A DNA stretch of 64,000 nt from Alphaproteobacteria bacterium (GTDB taxonomy: Bacteria > Pseudomonadota > Alphaproteobacteria > CADEGL01). The position numbers were made by a program, and so were the translations under genes. The stretch is from assembly GCA_046349515.1 (NCBI GenBank), contig JAXMCE010000012.1, positions 13,662-77,661 on the forward strand, in the 5' to 3' direction. Of the stretch, positions 20,478-30,317 are shown piece by piece. Positions within the stretch are counted from its first letter, which is position 1. Each line of letters opens with the position of its first letter. The notes under the pieces were generated by a model that was not told where the DNA came from, made no database searches, and saw nothing but the letters and a program-made list of their open reading frames with translations.

Positions 20478-21515
20478 ATGACCCCAACAGCCGAACGAGC
20501 ACGCGCGCTCCATCGCGACTCGCTCATCATCGACGGCACGATCGCCTACTGCGACGGCTATACAGACGAATTCCTCGCGGGCAACGTGGCGGCGGTCAAC
20601 GTGACGATTTGCAACTTTCAGGCCGATTTTCTCGAGGCCTGCGAATTGGCCGCGGAATGGCATGCGCGCTTGGGGCAGGCAGGGTCGCGTTGGCGGCTCG
20701 TCGAGCGGAGCGCCGACATCCCGGCAGCGCGGAAAGAAGGCAAGGTCGGCCTCATCATGGGCTGGCAGAATTTGCGTCCCATCGAGGACAAGCTCGCGCG
20801 CTTGGCGCTCTTCCACAAGGCGGGCCTGCGCATGATGCAGCTCACCTACAACGAGCGGAATTTCGTGGGCGATGGTTGTCTCGAGCCGAACGACGGCGGC
20901 CTGACGCCATTCGGGCGGCGGGCGATCGCGGAGATGAACCGGCTCGGCATCGCCGTTGATTTGAGCCATGTGGGCGAGAAGACCTGCCTCGGCGCGGTCG
21001 AGGCATCGAGCCTGCCGGTGCTTCTCACCCATGCGAACGCGCGGGCGGTCTCGAACACGCTCCGGAACAAATCCGATCACGTCATCAAGGCCGTGGCTGC
21101 GACCGGCGGTCTCGTTGGTGTCAGCATCCATGGCGCCCTGTGCTGGCGGGGCGATTCCTCGAAACCGCCGTCGGTCGAGGATTTCATCGCCAATCTCGAC
21201 CACATGGTGGACCTCGTGGGAATCGACCATGTGGCGCTCGGCACCGATTTCGTGTCGGTGAGCGAGGCGGGCCAGGCCACGCTCGAGCGCATGCTGCGCG
21301 CGACGCGCGACCGCTATCCGACGTTCATCTCGAAGTTCGTCCAGGCCTTCGGCAATGACAAGGGCGCGCGCTATCCACGGGAATGCCCGACTCCGGCCCA
21401 CCTTCACGTCGTGACGGAAGCGCTCGTCGGTCGAGGCTGGTCCGACGATGCGATCCGGAAGGTGCTGGGCGGCAACCTCATGCGGGTCTTGCCGATCGTC
21501 TGGCGCGAGGTGTGA
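20478..21515 (+). CDS. membrane dipeptidase, peptidase family M19
   Basis: HRDSLIIDG (HxD zinc site), DLSHVGEKT, HVALGTDF motifs of renal-dipeptidase family. GGAGGAGG RBS precedes the ATG at 20478. Confidence 0.85.
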   Translation: MTPTAERARALHRDSLIIDGTIAYCDGYTDEFLAGNVAAVNVTICNFQADFLEACELAAEWHARLGQAGSRWRLVERSADIPAARKEGKVGLIMGWQNLRPIEDKLARLALFHKAGLRMMQLTYNERNFVGDGCLEPNDGGLTPFGRRAIAEMNRLGIAVDLSHVGEKTCLGAVEASSLPVLLTHANARAVSNTLRNKSDHVIKAVAATGGLVGVSIHGALCWRGDSSKPPSVEDFIANLDHMVDLVGIDHVALGTDFVSVSEAGQATLERMLRATRDRYPTFISKFVQAFGNDKGARYPRECPTPAHLHVVTEALVGRGWSDDAIRKVLGGNLMRVLPIVWREV

Positions 21516-21529
21516 TCGCGCCGCAAGAG

Positions 21530-22396
21530 TCAGATTGGCCGGTCGCCCGCGATGGTAACTCGATGCATGATGCGCCGCGCGTTGAACAGCTCAGGGCGGT
21601 GCGGGAAGTAATCTGAGATCGCCTCGTGCTGGGTGCAGCGATTGTCCCAGAGTGCCAACGTCCCTTCCGTCCACCGGAACTGGCAGGTGAACTCCGGCCG
21701 GACGCAATGGCGGAAGAGGTAGTCGAGAAGCGGTCGACTTTCCTCGACCGTCATGTCTTCGAAGCGCGTCGTGAAGGAGTTGTTGAGGAAAAGGCATTTG
21801 CGCCCTGTCTCCGGGTGCGTGCGGACGACGGGGTGCGCGCACTCGCCCGCGACGGAATCGCTCCGCGCCTTCATCCCCTTGTAGTTGGCCTCGAATCGGC
21901 CCGGCGAGCCCGAGCTGTGATAGGCGCGCATGCTCCTCAGCATCGCCTTGAGGCCGTCCGACAGCGCGTCATAGGCAAGGTACATGCTCGACCACATCGT
22001 GTCGGAGCCATAGGGCGGTACCTGCTGGGCCACGAGCATGGTGGCCAGCGGCGGTGTCTCGATGAACGTCCCGTCCATGTGCCACATGCGGCCGAAATTG
22101 AGCCGCTCGCCGGGTTCGCGGACGATCTTCACCACGTCAGGATGGTCGTCCATGCCCTTGGCGATGGGATGGCGGTCGATGGGCCCGAAGCGCCGCGCAA
22201 AGGCGAGCTGCTCGTCCGGGTCGAGCTTCTGGCCGCGGAGGAAGATCACGGAAAATTCGAGGAAGGCGCGGTGGATTTCGTCCATCGTCGCGTTGTCGAG
22301 GCGACCCTTGAGATCGGCGCCTTCGATCTCGGCGCCGAGCGCGCCGGCGATCGGCTTGACCGTGATCCGCTGGTAGTCTTTCTCGCCCATTCCCAT
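21530..22396 (-). CDS. TauD/TfdA family Fe(II)/2-oxoglutarate dioxygenase
   Basis: 288 aa; WHMDGTF (HxD), late His in RIMHRVTIAGDRP, R for 2OG binding; typical taurine dioxygenase-like length. Confidence 0.85.
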   Translation of the reverse strand: MGMGEKDYQRITVKPIAGALGAEIEGADLKGRLDNATMDEIHRAFLEFSVIFLRGQKLDPDEQLAFARRFGPIDRHPIAKGMDDHPDVVKIVREPGERLNFGRMWHMDGTFIETPPLATMLVAQQVPPYGSDTMWSSMYLAYDALSDGLKAMLRSMRAYHSSGSPGRFEANYKGMKARSDSVAGECAHPVVRTHPETGRKCLFLNNSFTTRFEDMTVEESRPLLDYLFRHCVRPEFTCQFRWTEGTLALWDNRCTQHEAISDYFPHRPELFNARRIMHRVTIAGDRPI

Positions 22397-22573
22397 CCGT
22401 CCTCGTGACGGCGCTGGCCCGCGCTGAGGCTAGCCTAACCGACCTCGCGCCAGGGCGCTATCCGGGGCATGCCACCGAGGCTTCGCTGGCTGGTTCCGCG
22501 TCCTCGGAGCCGTTATCCTTGGGCGCACGCCGCGCCCATTGCGCGGCGCGGCAGGATGAACGGGGGCTGGACC

Positions 22574-23461
22574 ATGGCCATGAACACGGAAGTCGTCATC
22601 ACTTGTGCCGTCACCGGCGGCGGGGACACGGTGGGCAAGCACCCGGCCATCCCGGTGACGCCCGAGCAGATCGCGAATGCCGCCATCGAGGCAGCCAAGG
22701 CCGGTGCCGCGGTCACCCACATCCACGCGCGCAATCCCAAGACCGGCAAGAACAGCCGGGACCCGGCGCTCTTCCGCGAGATCGTCGCGCGCATCCGCGA
22801 GTCGAACACCGATGTCGTCATCAATCTGACGGGCGGGAACGGCGGCAGTTGGGGGCCGGAGGAAAAGAACCCCATGGCGCTCAAGGAAACGGACGACGTG
22901 GTCGGCCCCGTCGAGCGCCTCAACTACATCGAGGAATTGCGCCCCGAGATCTGCAGTCTCGATTGCGGCGCCATGAATTTCGGCGACCGCGTCTATGTCA
23001 ACACGCCGAGCTTCCTTCGCACGATGGCGAAGCGCGTCAAGGCGCTTGGCATCAAGCCCGAGCTCGAAGTCTTCGACATGGGCCAGGTCGGCATCGCCAA
23101 CATGCTGGTCGAGGAGGGCCATGTCGAACGCCGTCCGCTTTACCAGCTCTGCCTCGGCATCAGCTGGGGTGCGCCGGCGGACACCGCGGCCATGAAGACC
23201 ATGCGCGACATGCTGCCGCCGGATGCCATCTGGGCTGGCTTCGGCATCTCGCGCATGCAGATGCCCATGGTGGCCCAGGCCGTGCTCTTGGGCGGCAATG
23301 TGCGGGTCGGCCTCGAGGACAACCTTTATCTCGATCGCGGCGTGTTCGCATCGAACGGCCAGCTCGTCGAGCGGGCGGCCGAGATCATCACGCGCATGGG
23401 CGCGCGCGTCCTGAGCCCCGAGGAGGCGCGGAAGAAGCTCGGGCTCAAGAAGCATCACTGA
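22574..23461 (+). CDS. BKACE/DUF849 family enzyme (3-keto-5-aminohexanoate cleavage enzyme-like, beta-keto acid + acetyl-CoA)
   Basis: [10 protein letters not shown]-terminus, HIHARNP zinc-binding motif, GLEDN near the C-terminus; these are hallmarks of the Kce/BKACE TIM-barrel family. Confidence 0.8.
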   Translation: MAMNTEVVITCAVTGGGDTVGKHPAIPVTPEQIANAAIEAAKAGAAVTHIHARNPKTGKNSRDPALFREIVARIRESNTDVVINLTGGNGGSWGPEEKNPMALKETDDVVGPVERLNYIEELRPEICSLDCGAMNFGDRVYVNTPSFLRTMAKRVKALGIKPELEVFDMGQVGIANMLVEEGHVERRPLYQLCLGISWGAPADTAAMKTMRDMLPPDAIWAGFGISRMQMPMVAQAVLLGGNVRVGLEDNLYLDRGVFASNGQLVERAAEIITRMGARVLSPEEARKKLGLKKHH

Positions 23462-23474
23462 ACGAAGGCACCGG

Positions 23475-24242
23475 TCAGAGGCGCGTGCCGCCGTTCACGA
23501 TGACGACCTCGCCGGTCATGTAGAGGGCGCCGGCCGCGAAGAACACGATCATCTCGGCGTAGTCTTCGGGCTGGCCGACGCGGGCCAGCGGCACGCGTTC
23601 GCGCGCCGCGGCTTCCTTGTCGCCGAACGAGCACTCCCAATTCGAGTTCACGTAACCCGGCGCGATGCCATTGACGCGGACACGAGGTGCGAGCGCCTTC
23701 GCGAGCAGCTCTGTCTGCCGGACGAGTGCCGTCTTGGCGCAGGCATAGGCGAGGCTGCTGGCCCCGCCGCCGAAAGCCGCATCGGACACCGTGTTGACGA
23801 CCGCGCCCTCGCTCGCGCGGAGAGCGGCTGCCGCCGCCTTCGTCATCCAGAACGCGCCGAGAAGATTGACCGACAGGATCTTCGACCAGAACTCGGGCGT
23901 CATGGCCTCGAGATCGGCCGGCGGGATCGGCTCGCGCGTCGCCGGCGTTCCGGCGTTGTTGACGAGGTAGTCGAGCCCGCCGAGGCGGTCGAGGCTGTCC
24001 GCGACGATCGCCGACGCCTCCTTCGCGTCGCCCACATTGCCCGCGACGGCATGGACGTCGAGCCCCTCGGCGCGGAGCCGGGCGGCTTCGGCCGGAAGGC
24101 GATTGCTCGACGGCAGGTCGTTCATCACTACGGAGGCGCCCGAGCGCGCGAATCGCTCGACCGCGCCGAGGCCGATGCCGGAGGCGCCGCCCGTCACCAG
24201 CGCGCGTTTGCCCGAGAGGTTGTAGGAAACCAGGCTTGCCAC
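23475..24242 (-). CDS. SDR family oxidoreductase
   Basis: GTG start preceded by GGGAGG; ALVTGGASGIGLG, NNAGT, YACAKTA, C-terminal VNGG. The long upstream extension of the ORF is Arg-rich and overlaps the EamA gene, so is rejected. Confidence 0.75.
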   Translation of the reverse strand: MASLVSYNLSGKRALVTGGASGIGLGAVERFARSGASVVMNDLPSSNRLPAEAARLRAEGLDVHAVAGNVGDAKEASAIVADSLDRLGGLDYLVNNAGTPATREPIPPADLEAMTPEFWSKILSVNLLGAFWMTKAAAAALRASEGAVVNTVSDAAFGGGASSLAYACAKTALVRQTELLAKALAPRVRVNGIAPGYVNSNWECSFGDKEAAARERVPLARVGQPEDYAEMIVFFAAGALYMTGEVVIVNGGTRL

Positions 24243-24262
24243 GGATACCTCCCTTTTGGTCC

Positions 24263-25138
24263 CTAGCGAGCGCGCGTCGCGATCCAAACGCCGGAGAGGA
24301 CGAGCGCCGTCGCAAGAAGGAAAGCATCGCTCACGGGCTCGCTCAACAGCAACCAGGCAAGAATGACGCCCGAGATGGGCTGGAGGAACTGGAAGAGGCC
24401 GACCCGGGCGATGCCGCCCTTGCCGAGCGCCCAGTACCAGGACACGTAGCCGATGATCGTGACGCCGATGGCGAGGTAGAGGACGCCGGCCCAGGCGGCG
24501 AAGGACACGCTCGGCCAGTCGATCCCGTCGAGCACCCATGGGAGGGACGGGACGACCATGACGTTCGCAAGGACCACGCCCCAGAAGGTAGCACCCTGCG
24601 ACGGGTAACCCGATTGCTTGAGGCGCCCTCCGGAGACATAGCCTGCCGCACCCGCCACGTTCGTGAGGAGGATCAACCCGTCGCCCAAAAGGCTCGATGG
24701 CGCGGCGCTTGCCGACCCGCGCGAAAGCGCCAGGACGACGGCGCCAATGGTCGCGATGGCGCATCCAATCCACCAGCGGCGGTGCGGCCATTGGCGATCC
24801 CACGCCATGGCGATGCCGCCCGTCACGACCGGAAGAAGCGCCAGGATCATCGACGCATGGAGGGCGGAGGTGTGACGGACGCCGAACGAGAACAGGATCG
24901 GGAACGCGATGAACCCGCAGAAGCTCGAAAGAAGCAGCAACCGCCGTTGCTCGCGGCCTTTTGGCCAGGGAATACGAAGGGCGAGCGCAAGCGGCAGGGA
25001 GGCGACGCCCCCCAAGGCCGTGCGCAACGCCGCGACGGCGATGGGTGGCAGCTCGGCGACAGCGACCTTCGTGCCGACGGGCGAGGCCCCCCAGACGATG
25101 ACGGCAAACAGCGCCACGATGATCACCGTCGGTGGCAT
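24263..25138 (-). CDS. EamA/DMT-superfamily transporter
   Basis: 291 aa, ten predicted TM helices in two EamA-like halves. Confidence 0.8.
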   Translation of the reverse strand: MPPTVIIVALFAVIVWGASPVGTKVAVAELPPIAVAALRTALGGVASLPLALALRIPWPKGREQRRLLLLSSFCGFIAFPILFSFGVRHTSALHASMILALLPVVTGGIAMAWDRQWPHRRWWIGCAIATIGAVVLALSRGSASAAPSSLLGDGLILLTNVAGAAGYVSGGRLKQSGYPSQGATFWGVVLANVMVVPSLPWVLDGIDWPSVSFAAWAGVLYLAIGVTIIGYVSWYWALGKGGIARVGLFQFLQPISGVILAWLLLSEPVSDAFLLATALVLSGVWIATRAR

Positions 25139-25380
25139 GGTGGCCTTTCTCGCGGAAGCGCGCGTCTAGAGGGCGGTCGAATGCCGGTGCATGCGGCGCG
25201 GATCAGACCCCGTCATGCGCCGTTGATGGCCCGCCAGACTTTCTCGGACGTGATGGGCAAGTCGAGATGGGAGGCGCCGAACTCCGCGAGGGACGCATCT
25301 CGGGCAGCCATCGATCTTCCTCGTTCTCGAATCTCACCGAGACTATCTGGGCCAGGGATCCGCTGGGGACCAGTAACCGT

Positions 25381-26178
25381 TCAGCGGCCGAGCAACTGAT
25401 TGCGCGCCTGGCCGAAATAGGCAAGGCCGGATGCCAAGAATCCGCCGTCGACATAAAGGGTCTGGCCGGTCATCCATGTGACGGAGGCCAGGAAATGAAT
25501 GGCCTCGGCCAGCTCGTCCGGATCGCCGAACCGGCCAAGGGGCGTCCGGTCAAGATCGTGCTGCATCACTTCGCCCTGGCTTCGCGTCTCGGCCATCGAC
25601 GCGCTCTTGTGCTCGATGAGGCCGGGTCCGATCGCGTTGACAAGGATGCCGAAGGGCGCGAGCTCGATTGCCATGCCTTGGGTCAGCGCGCGCTGGGCCG
25701 CCTTGGTCGTGCAATAGACGATCTCTCCGGCCCAGGCCTGGTCGGCTGCGACCGACGTGACCGTGACGATGTGGCCCTTGCGGGCGCTCTTCATGCGCCG
25801 CGCGGCCTCCTGGCAGGAAAGGAAGGTTCCTCGCACATTCGTTGCGACGATGCGGTCGAAATCGTCGACGGGTATGTCGAGGAAATGGTCGGCCTTGCTC
25901 ACGGCCGCGCAGTGGACGAAGACGTCGGGTGCGGCATCGGCGAAGATGCGGTCGATCGCACGGAACGCCTCGCCGACCGACTTCGCATCGGCGATGTCCG
26001 TCGTGATGCTGTGAAAGCCGCGTTCGCGCGCAAGGGAGTCCGGTGCCGGGCGCAAATCGAGATTGACGACCTCAGCCGCGTCCTTGAGGAACCGTCGCGC
26101 CACGGCCGAGCCGAGGCCGCCGGACGCGCCGGTCACGACGACGCGGCGCGCGTCATGCGTCCCGCCTTTTGCCGCCAT
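25381..26178 (-). CDS. SDR family oxidoreductase
   Basis: Start at MAAKGG; VVVTGASGGLGSA, YCTTKAA; 266 aa. Upstream ORF extension is Arg-rich. Confidence 0.75.
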   Translation of the reverse strand: MAAKGGTHDARRVVVTGASGGLGSAVARRFLKDAAEVVNLDLRPAPDSLARERGFHSITTDIADAKSVGEAFRAIDRIFADAAPDVFVHCAAVSKADHFLDIPVDDFDRIVATNVRGTFLSCQEAARRMKSARKGHIVTVTSVAADQAWAGEIVYCTTKAAQRALTQGMAIELAPFGILVNAIGPGLIEHKSASMAETRSQGEVMQHDLDRTPLGRFGDPDELAEAIHFLASVTWMTGQTLYVDGGFLASGLAYFGQARNQLLGR

Positions 26179-26528
26179 CACGTCCCGCCCTTGGTGCCGA
26201 TCGGGTACTCGCGGACGACCATGCGCTGGAAGCGGCTGACATGGGCGAGGGTGTCGCCCCGCGTCGGGCTCTTGGGCTTGCCGTAGACAGCGGCGAAATC
26301 GGCTTCCGTCTCGAACCACTGCTCGGCGATGCCGTCCCAGTCCACGACACCCTCCGCGGGCTTCCCGGGCAACGTGTCGTTCTCGACGCGGACGTCGATC
26401 ACGTACTTCTTCAGATGCGGTGCCTGATGCTCGATGATGTCGGGCGCGTGATCCTCGATCCACCATTTGCGGAATTCCTCGAGCGTCAAGTGCTCCGCAC
26501 GCTTCAAGAACCACATCACCTTGATCAT
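26178..26528 (-). CDS. EthD-family (Dabb-fold) small protein
   Basis: About 116 aa starting MIKVMWFLKRAEHLTLEEF. The pattern KVMWFLKR...EEF...EHAP...W matches the EthD dimeric alpha/beta-barrel domain. Its stop overlaps the start of the downstream SDR. Confidence 0.55.
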   Translation of the reverse strand: MIKVMWFLKRAEHLTLEEFRKWWIEDHAPDIIEHQAPHLKKYVIDVRVENDTLPGKPAEGVVDWDGIAEQWFETEADFAAVYGKPKSPTRGDTLAHVSRFQRMVVREYPIGTKGGT

Positions 26529-26710
26529 CGCCCCCTCGCTGCTGCCTCGCCGGTCAGGACCCATGAGGATCGGATACGGCCCGCGCTGCTGAAATTAACC
26601 CAAGGTTCGGCGCGACACCATCGCCCGGGCGGGCGTGAGAAATTGGGGTTTGACAAGCTGCCCGCCCGCGCGGCCATGTTTTCCTCGGGGCTCCGGACCA
26701 TGGGTGAAGG

Positions 26711-28423
26711 ATGGGTGAGGCTGACGCGTACCGCTGCGACGTGCTGGTGATCGGGTCGGGGGCCAGTGGTCTCACGGCAGCGGCCGTTGCGCGCGAACTC
26801 GGTCTCGATGTGCTCGTGGTCGAGAAAGCAGCCGTCATCGGCGGCACCACGGCCCTTTCCGAGGGCATGATCTGGATTCCGGCCAACAGTCACGCGAAGC
26901 GGGCGGGAGTCACCGATTCGCCGGCATCCGCCCTCGCGTACATTGCCAACGCCACGGGAAATTTTTTCGATCGCGGCCGCGCCGAGGCCTATGTCGAGGC
27001 GGCGCCCGCGATGCTCGATTTCGTCGAGCGGCGCTTCGGGCTTCGCTTCGCGCTGGCGCTCGGGTCTTGCGACTACATGTCCGAGCTGGGCGGCGCCTGC
27101 CATGGGGGCCGAGCCTTCGACCCTGAGCCCTTCGACGGCCGAAAAATCGGCGGTGATTTCGGCCGTCTCCGGACGCCGCTGGCCACGACCATGATCTTCG
27201 GCGGCATGACCATCACCGGCTGGGACTTGCCCCATTTCCTCAAAGTGGGTCGGTCGATCCGTTCGACGACGCATGTCGCGCGCACACTCGGGCGCTATGT
27301 CCTCGACCGGCTCTGTGGTCATTCCCGTGGCACGCGGCTCGGCGGCGGGAACGCCCTCATCGCGCATCTTCTTCTCAACCTGCGGCAGCGCGGCGTGCCG
27401 ATTTGGACATCCGCGCCGGCGATCGAGCTCGTGCGCGACGGGACGAGGATCGCCGGCGCGGTCGTCGCCAAAGAGGGACGGCGCACGGAGGTGCGGGCGC
27501 GCCGCGCCGTCGTGTTGGCGTGCGGCGGATTTCCGGCATCCGAGGAGTTGAAGCGCCAGTTCTATCCCCATGTCCGTGCCGGCAAGAACCATGCGCGTCT
27601 CGCACCTGACGAGAACACGGGCGACGGCTTGCGGCTGGCGGAGGCTGTGGGCGGGCTGCTCAACACGTCCCTCGCCCAGCCGGCGTCATGGGCGCCGGTC
27701 TCGCTCGTCCCGCAGCGTGACGGCTCGGTCGTGCCGTTTCCCCATTTCATCGACCGCAACAAGCCGGGCTTCATCATCGTCAATCGCCGCGGCCGGCGCT
27801 TCGTCAACGAATCGGACCCCTATCACCTCATCGTTCAGGCCATGGTGGCGGCGGCGGCGGATGAGAAGACGATCGAGGCGTTCGTCATCGGGGATCATCC
27901 GTCTGTCCGCCGCTACAGCCTGGGCGTCGTTCCTCCAGCACCCGGGCGGCTCGGCCCCCACATCCGCTCGCGCTACCTCACGCGGGGCAAGACGCTCGAG
28001 CAGCTCGCCGTCGCGCTCGGAATCGATCCAGGCTCGCTCGTCCGCACGGTAGCGCGTTTCAACGACCATGCGGCCCGCGGGGCGGATCCCGATTTCGGAC
28101 GCGGGCAGAGTGCCTACAACCGGGCGAGCGGCGACAAGGCTCACGGTCCGAACCCCGCGCTCGGGCCGCTCACGGAGGCGCCCTACTATGCGGTCCGTAT
28201 CGTGCCTGCGGAGCTCGGCACGTTCTTCGGCATCGCGACCAACCGCGATGCCCAGGTTCTCGACGGCATGGGCGCGCCTATTCCTGGCCTCTACGCCGTC
28301 GGGAATGATGCGGCCAGCGTGATGGGGGGCGCCTATCCCGGTGCCGGCATCACCATAGGGCCTGCGATGACCTTCGGTTACGTCGCCGCCCACCACATTC
28401 GGGCCAACGCGACTGACGTATGA
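26711..28423 (+). CDS. FAD-binding flavoprotein, KstD/fumarate-reductase-like (3-ketosteroid dehydrogenase family)
   Basis: DVLVIGSGASGLTAA FAD motif, C-terminal GLYAVGNDAASVMGGAYPGAG; 570 aa, typical for this family. Confidence 0.8.
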   Translation: MGEADAYRCDVLVIGSGASGLTAAAVARELGLDVLVVEKAAVIGGTTALSEGMIWIPANSHAKRAGVTDSPASALAYIANATGNFFDRGRAEAYVEAAPAMLDFVERRFGLRFALALGSCDYMSELGGACHGGRAFDPEPFDGRKIGGDFGRLRTPLATTMIFGGMTITGWDLPHFLKVGRSIRSTTHVARTLGRYVLDRLCGHSRGTRLGGGNALIAHLLLNLRQRGVPIWTSAPAIELVRDGTRIAGAVVAKEGRRTEVRARRAVVLACGGFPASEELKRQFYPHVRAGKNHARLAPDENTGDGLRLAEAVGGLLNTSLAQPASWAPVSLVPQRDGSVVPFPHFIDRNKPGFIIVNRRGRRFVNESDPYHLIVQAMVAAAADEKTIEAFVIGDHPSVRRYSLGVVPPAPGRLGPHIRSRYLTRGKTLEQLAVALGIDPGSLVRTVARFNDHAARGADPDFGRGQSAYNRASGDKAHGPNPALGPLTEAPYYAVRIVPAELGTFFGIATNRDAQVLDGMGAPIPGLYAVGNDAASVMGGAYPGAGITIGPAMTFGYVAAHHIRANATDV

Positions 28424-28446
28424 CGGTGGGCGGGAGGGGTAGGACC

Positions 28447-29211
28447 ATGGTGCTTTCCGGATTCCGCGATGGTCTTTTCGCCGGGAAGGGCGTGCTCGTC
28501 ACGGGTGCCGCGCGCGGAATTGGGCTGTCCACGGCCGAAGCCTTTGCCGCCTTGGGCGCGCGCGTGGCGTTGATCGACCGTGACGGCGACGAAGTGCGTG
28601 AGGCGGCGCGAAAATTGGGATCGGCTCACCTGGCGCTGCCGCTCGACATCAGCGACTACGACGCCGTCGCGCGCGCGGCGGCGCGTGTCGCGCAAGAGGT
28701 GGGCGCGCTCCACGTGGTCGTGAACAATGCCGGCATCTTCGAACGCTCACCCGTGACGGAGGAGCGCACGGTCGAGTCTTGGCGCCGCATTTTCTCAGTC
28801 AACGCGGATGGCCCGTTCCATGTCGTGCACGCGTTCCTTGGCGCGCTTCGCGAAAGCCGCGGCTCGATCGTCAACCTGGCCTCGACGCGCGCCTACACGG
28901 CGGCCGCGCACGCGCCGGCCTACACCGCTTCGAAGGGCGCCGTCGTCGCCCTGACCAAGGCTCTTGCGGTCGAGCTGGCACCCCACGGCATCCGGGTGAA
29001 CGGGGTCGCGCCGAGCGACGTGCGGACGCGGATGACGGCAGGCGGCGGATCGGACGCTGCGATCCAGGCCGGCCTCTATGAGCGGACGCCGCTCGGCCGT
29101 CCGGCCGAACCCGAAGAGATCGCGGCGCTGATCGTGTTCCTGGCCTCGCCCCTTGCGTCGTTCATGACCGGGGCCGTCGTGCCCATCGACGGTGGGTTTC
29201 TCGCGACTTAG
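28447..29211 (+). CDS. SDR family oxidoreductase
   Basis: GGGAGGGG RBS then ATG at 28447; VLVTGAARGIG, NNAGI, YTASKGA. Confidence 0.8.
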   Translation: MVLSGFRDGLFAGKGVLVTGAARGIGLSTAEAFAALGARVALIDRDGDEVREAARKLGSAHLALPLDISDYDAVARAAARVAQEVGALHVVVNNAGIFERSPVTEERTVESWRRIFSVNADGPFHVVHAFLGALRESRGSIVNLASTRAYTAAAHAPAYTASKGAVVALTKALAVELAPHGIRVNGVAPSDVRTRMTAGGGSDAAIQAGLYERTPLGRPAEPEEIAALIVFLASPLASFMTGAVVPIDGGFLAT

Positions 29212-29996
29212 CCGCGAGTCTCTTCCTGCGGCTGGAGAGTCGGGGCCTTGCGAAACGGGTGCGCGAGCTGCAGTGCGTAGTTTTGCGGCATCGGCGTATC
29301 GATCCCGTAAGCCGTGGGCCATCGTCCTGCTGGCAGGTGCACCGTGCCGAACAGGACGTCGAGGAGCGGCAGCAGGCCAGCGAAGTTCCGGTCGCGCGCC
29401 TCGACGTCCCTGCCATGATGCCAGTGATGGAATTCGGGCGACGCCAAGACCCAGCGCAGTGGCCCGAATTTGATCCTTACGTTCGAGTGAATGAGCACGG
29501 ACTGCCACGTATAGAGAAGCATATAGGCACCGATCACGACATCGGAGAAGCCGAGCGCGAACACGGGAAGCAAGGAAGCGCCCCGCGTGATGATCTGGTC
29601 GATGGGGTGCACGCGCGCGGCGGCCAGCCAGTCCAGCTCTTCGATGCTGTGGTGGACCGAATGGATTTTCCACAAGCAGGGAATCGCATGAAAGCTGCGA
29701 TGGGCCCAATAGAACCCGATGTCGGACAGGATCAAGACTTCGGTGAACTGAAGCCAGGACGGCTGTGACGCGACGAACGCGTGAACGGATGGCCCTAGCA
29801 GTGCGCCCGACGCAACGACGATGCCGCTAACGATCGCCGCGAGCGCGAGGCCGATGACTTGGCCGTTGGCGAGCCAAAAGACGAGGTCGTTGAGCCAGGA
29901 GCGCCTCAACACCTTCTGCTTCGGATGGATGGCCAGCACCCGTTCGAGCGGAACGAAGACCAGGGCCATCAACAAGACTAGTTTGAGAAATTCCAT
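29208..29996 (-). CDS. fatty acid hydroxylase / sterol desaturase superfamily integral membrane di-iron enzyme
   Basis: His-box motifs HRSFH, HSVHH, HHWHH with intervening TM segments; start at MEFLKL. Confidence 0.75.
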   Translation of the reverse strand: MEFLKLVLLMALVFVPLERVLAIHPKQKVLRRSWLNDLVFWLANGQVIGLALAAIVSGIVVASGALLGPSVHAFVASQPSWLQFTEVLILSDIGFYWAHRSFHAIPCLWKIHSVHHSIEELDWLAAARVHPIDQIITRGASLLPVFALGFSDVVIGAYMLLYTWQSVLIHSNVRIKFGPLRWVLASPEFHHWHHGRDVEARDRNFAGLLPLLDVLFGTVHLPAGRWPTAYGIDTPMPQNYALQLAHPFRKAPTLQPQEETRG

Positions 29997-30317
29997 CTCG
30001 CGATCCCGCGGCAGACTATTGGATGGAACAGGAACGATGGCGCAGGTGGTGACGCCCCCTCTATGCCCCAAGCTCCCTGAGGAAATAGCGATGGGGTGCC
30101 GATCGGTGTGGGTGTCCGGCTCATCGTTGATGATCCATCAACATGTCTTACCAAAGCGTTTACGGGGGTTGGGAGCCGGCCCCGGCAGGCGTTGGCCGCC
30201 GTGCCAAGCCGAAGCCTTGAGCGAAGGGCCTGCTCTTTCGCCACGCCCGGGACTAAACTCGGAACGGCCCCAGGAGGGGCACGGCCGCGGAGCGCGCCAT
30301 GGGCCGAGGAGGGAGCA

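Noticed and set aside
23455-24327. 290-aa Arg/Gly-rich minus-strand ORF overlapping the SDR at 23475-24242
   Set aside because: Extreme Arg/Gly composition (RRGRRGQ...) in an alternative frame of a genuine SDR gene.
24236-26286. Two plus-strand ORFs of 384-387 aa antisense to the EamA transporter and the SDR at 25381
   Set aside because: Low-complexity Arg/Asp-rich products with no catalytic motifs. Both minus-strand genes beneath them are well supported.
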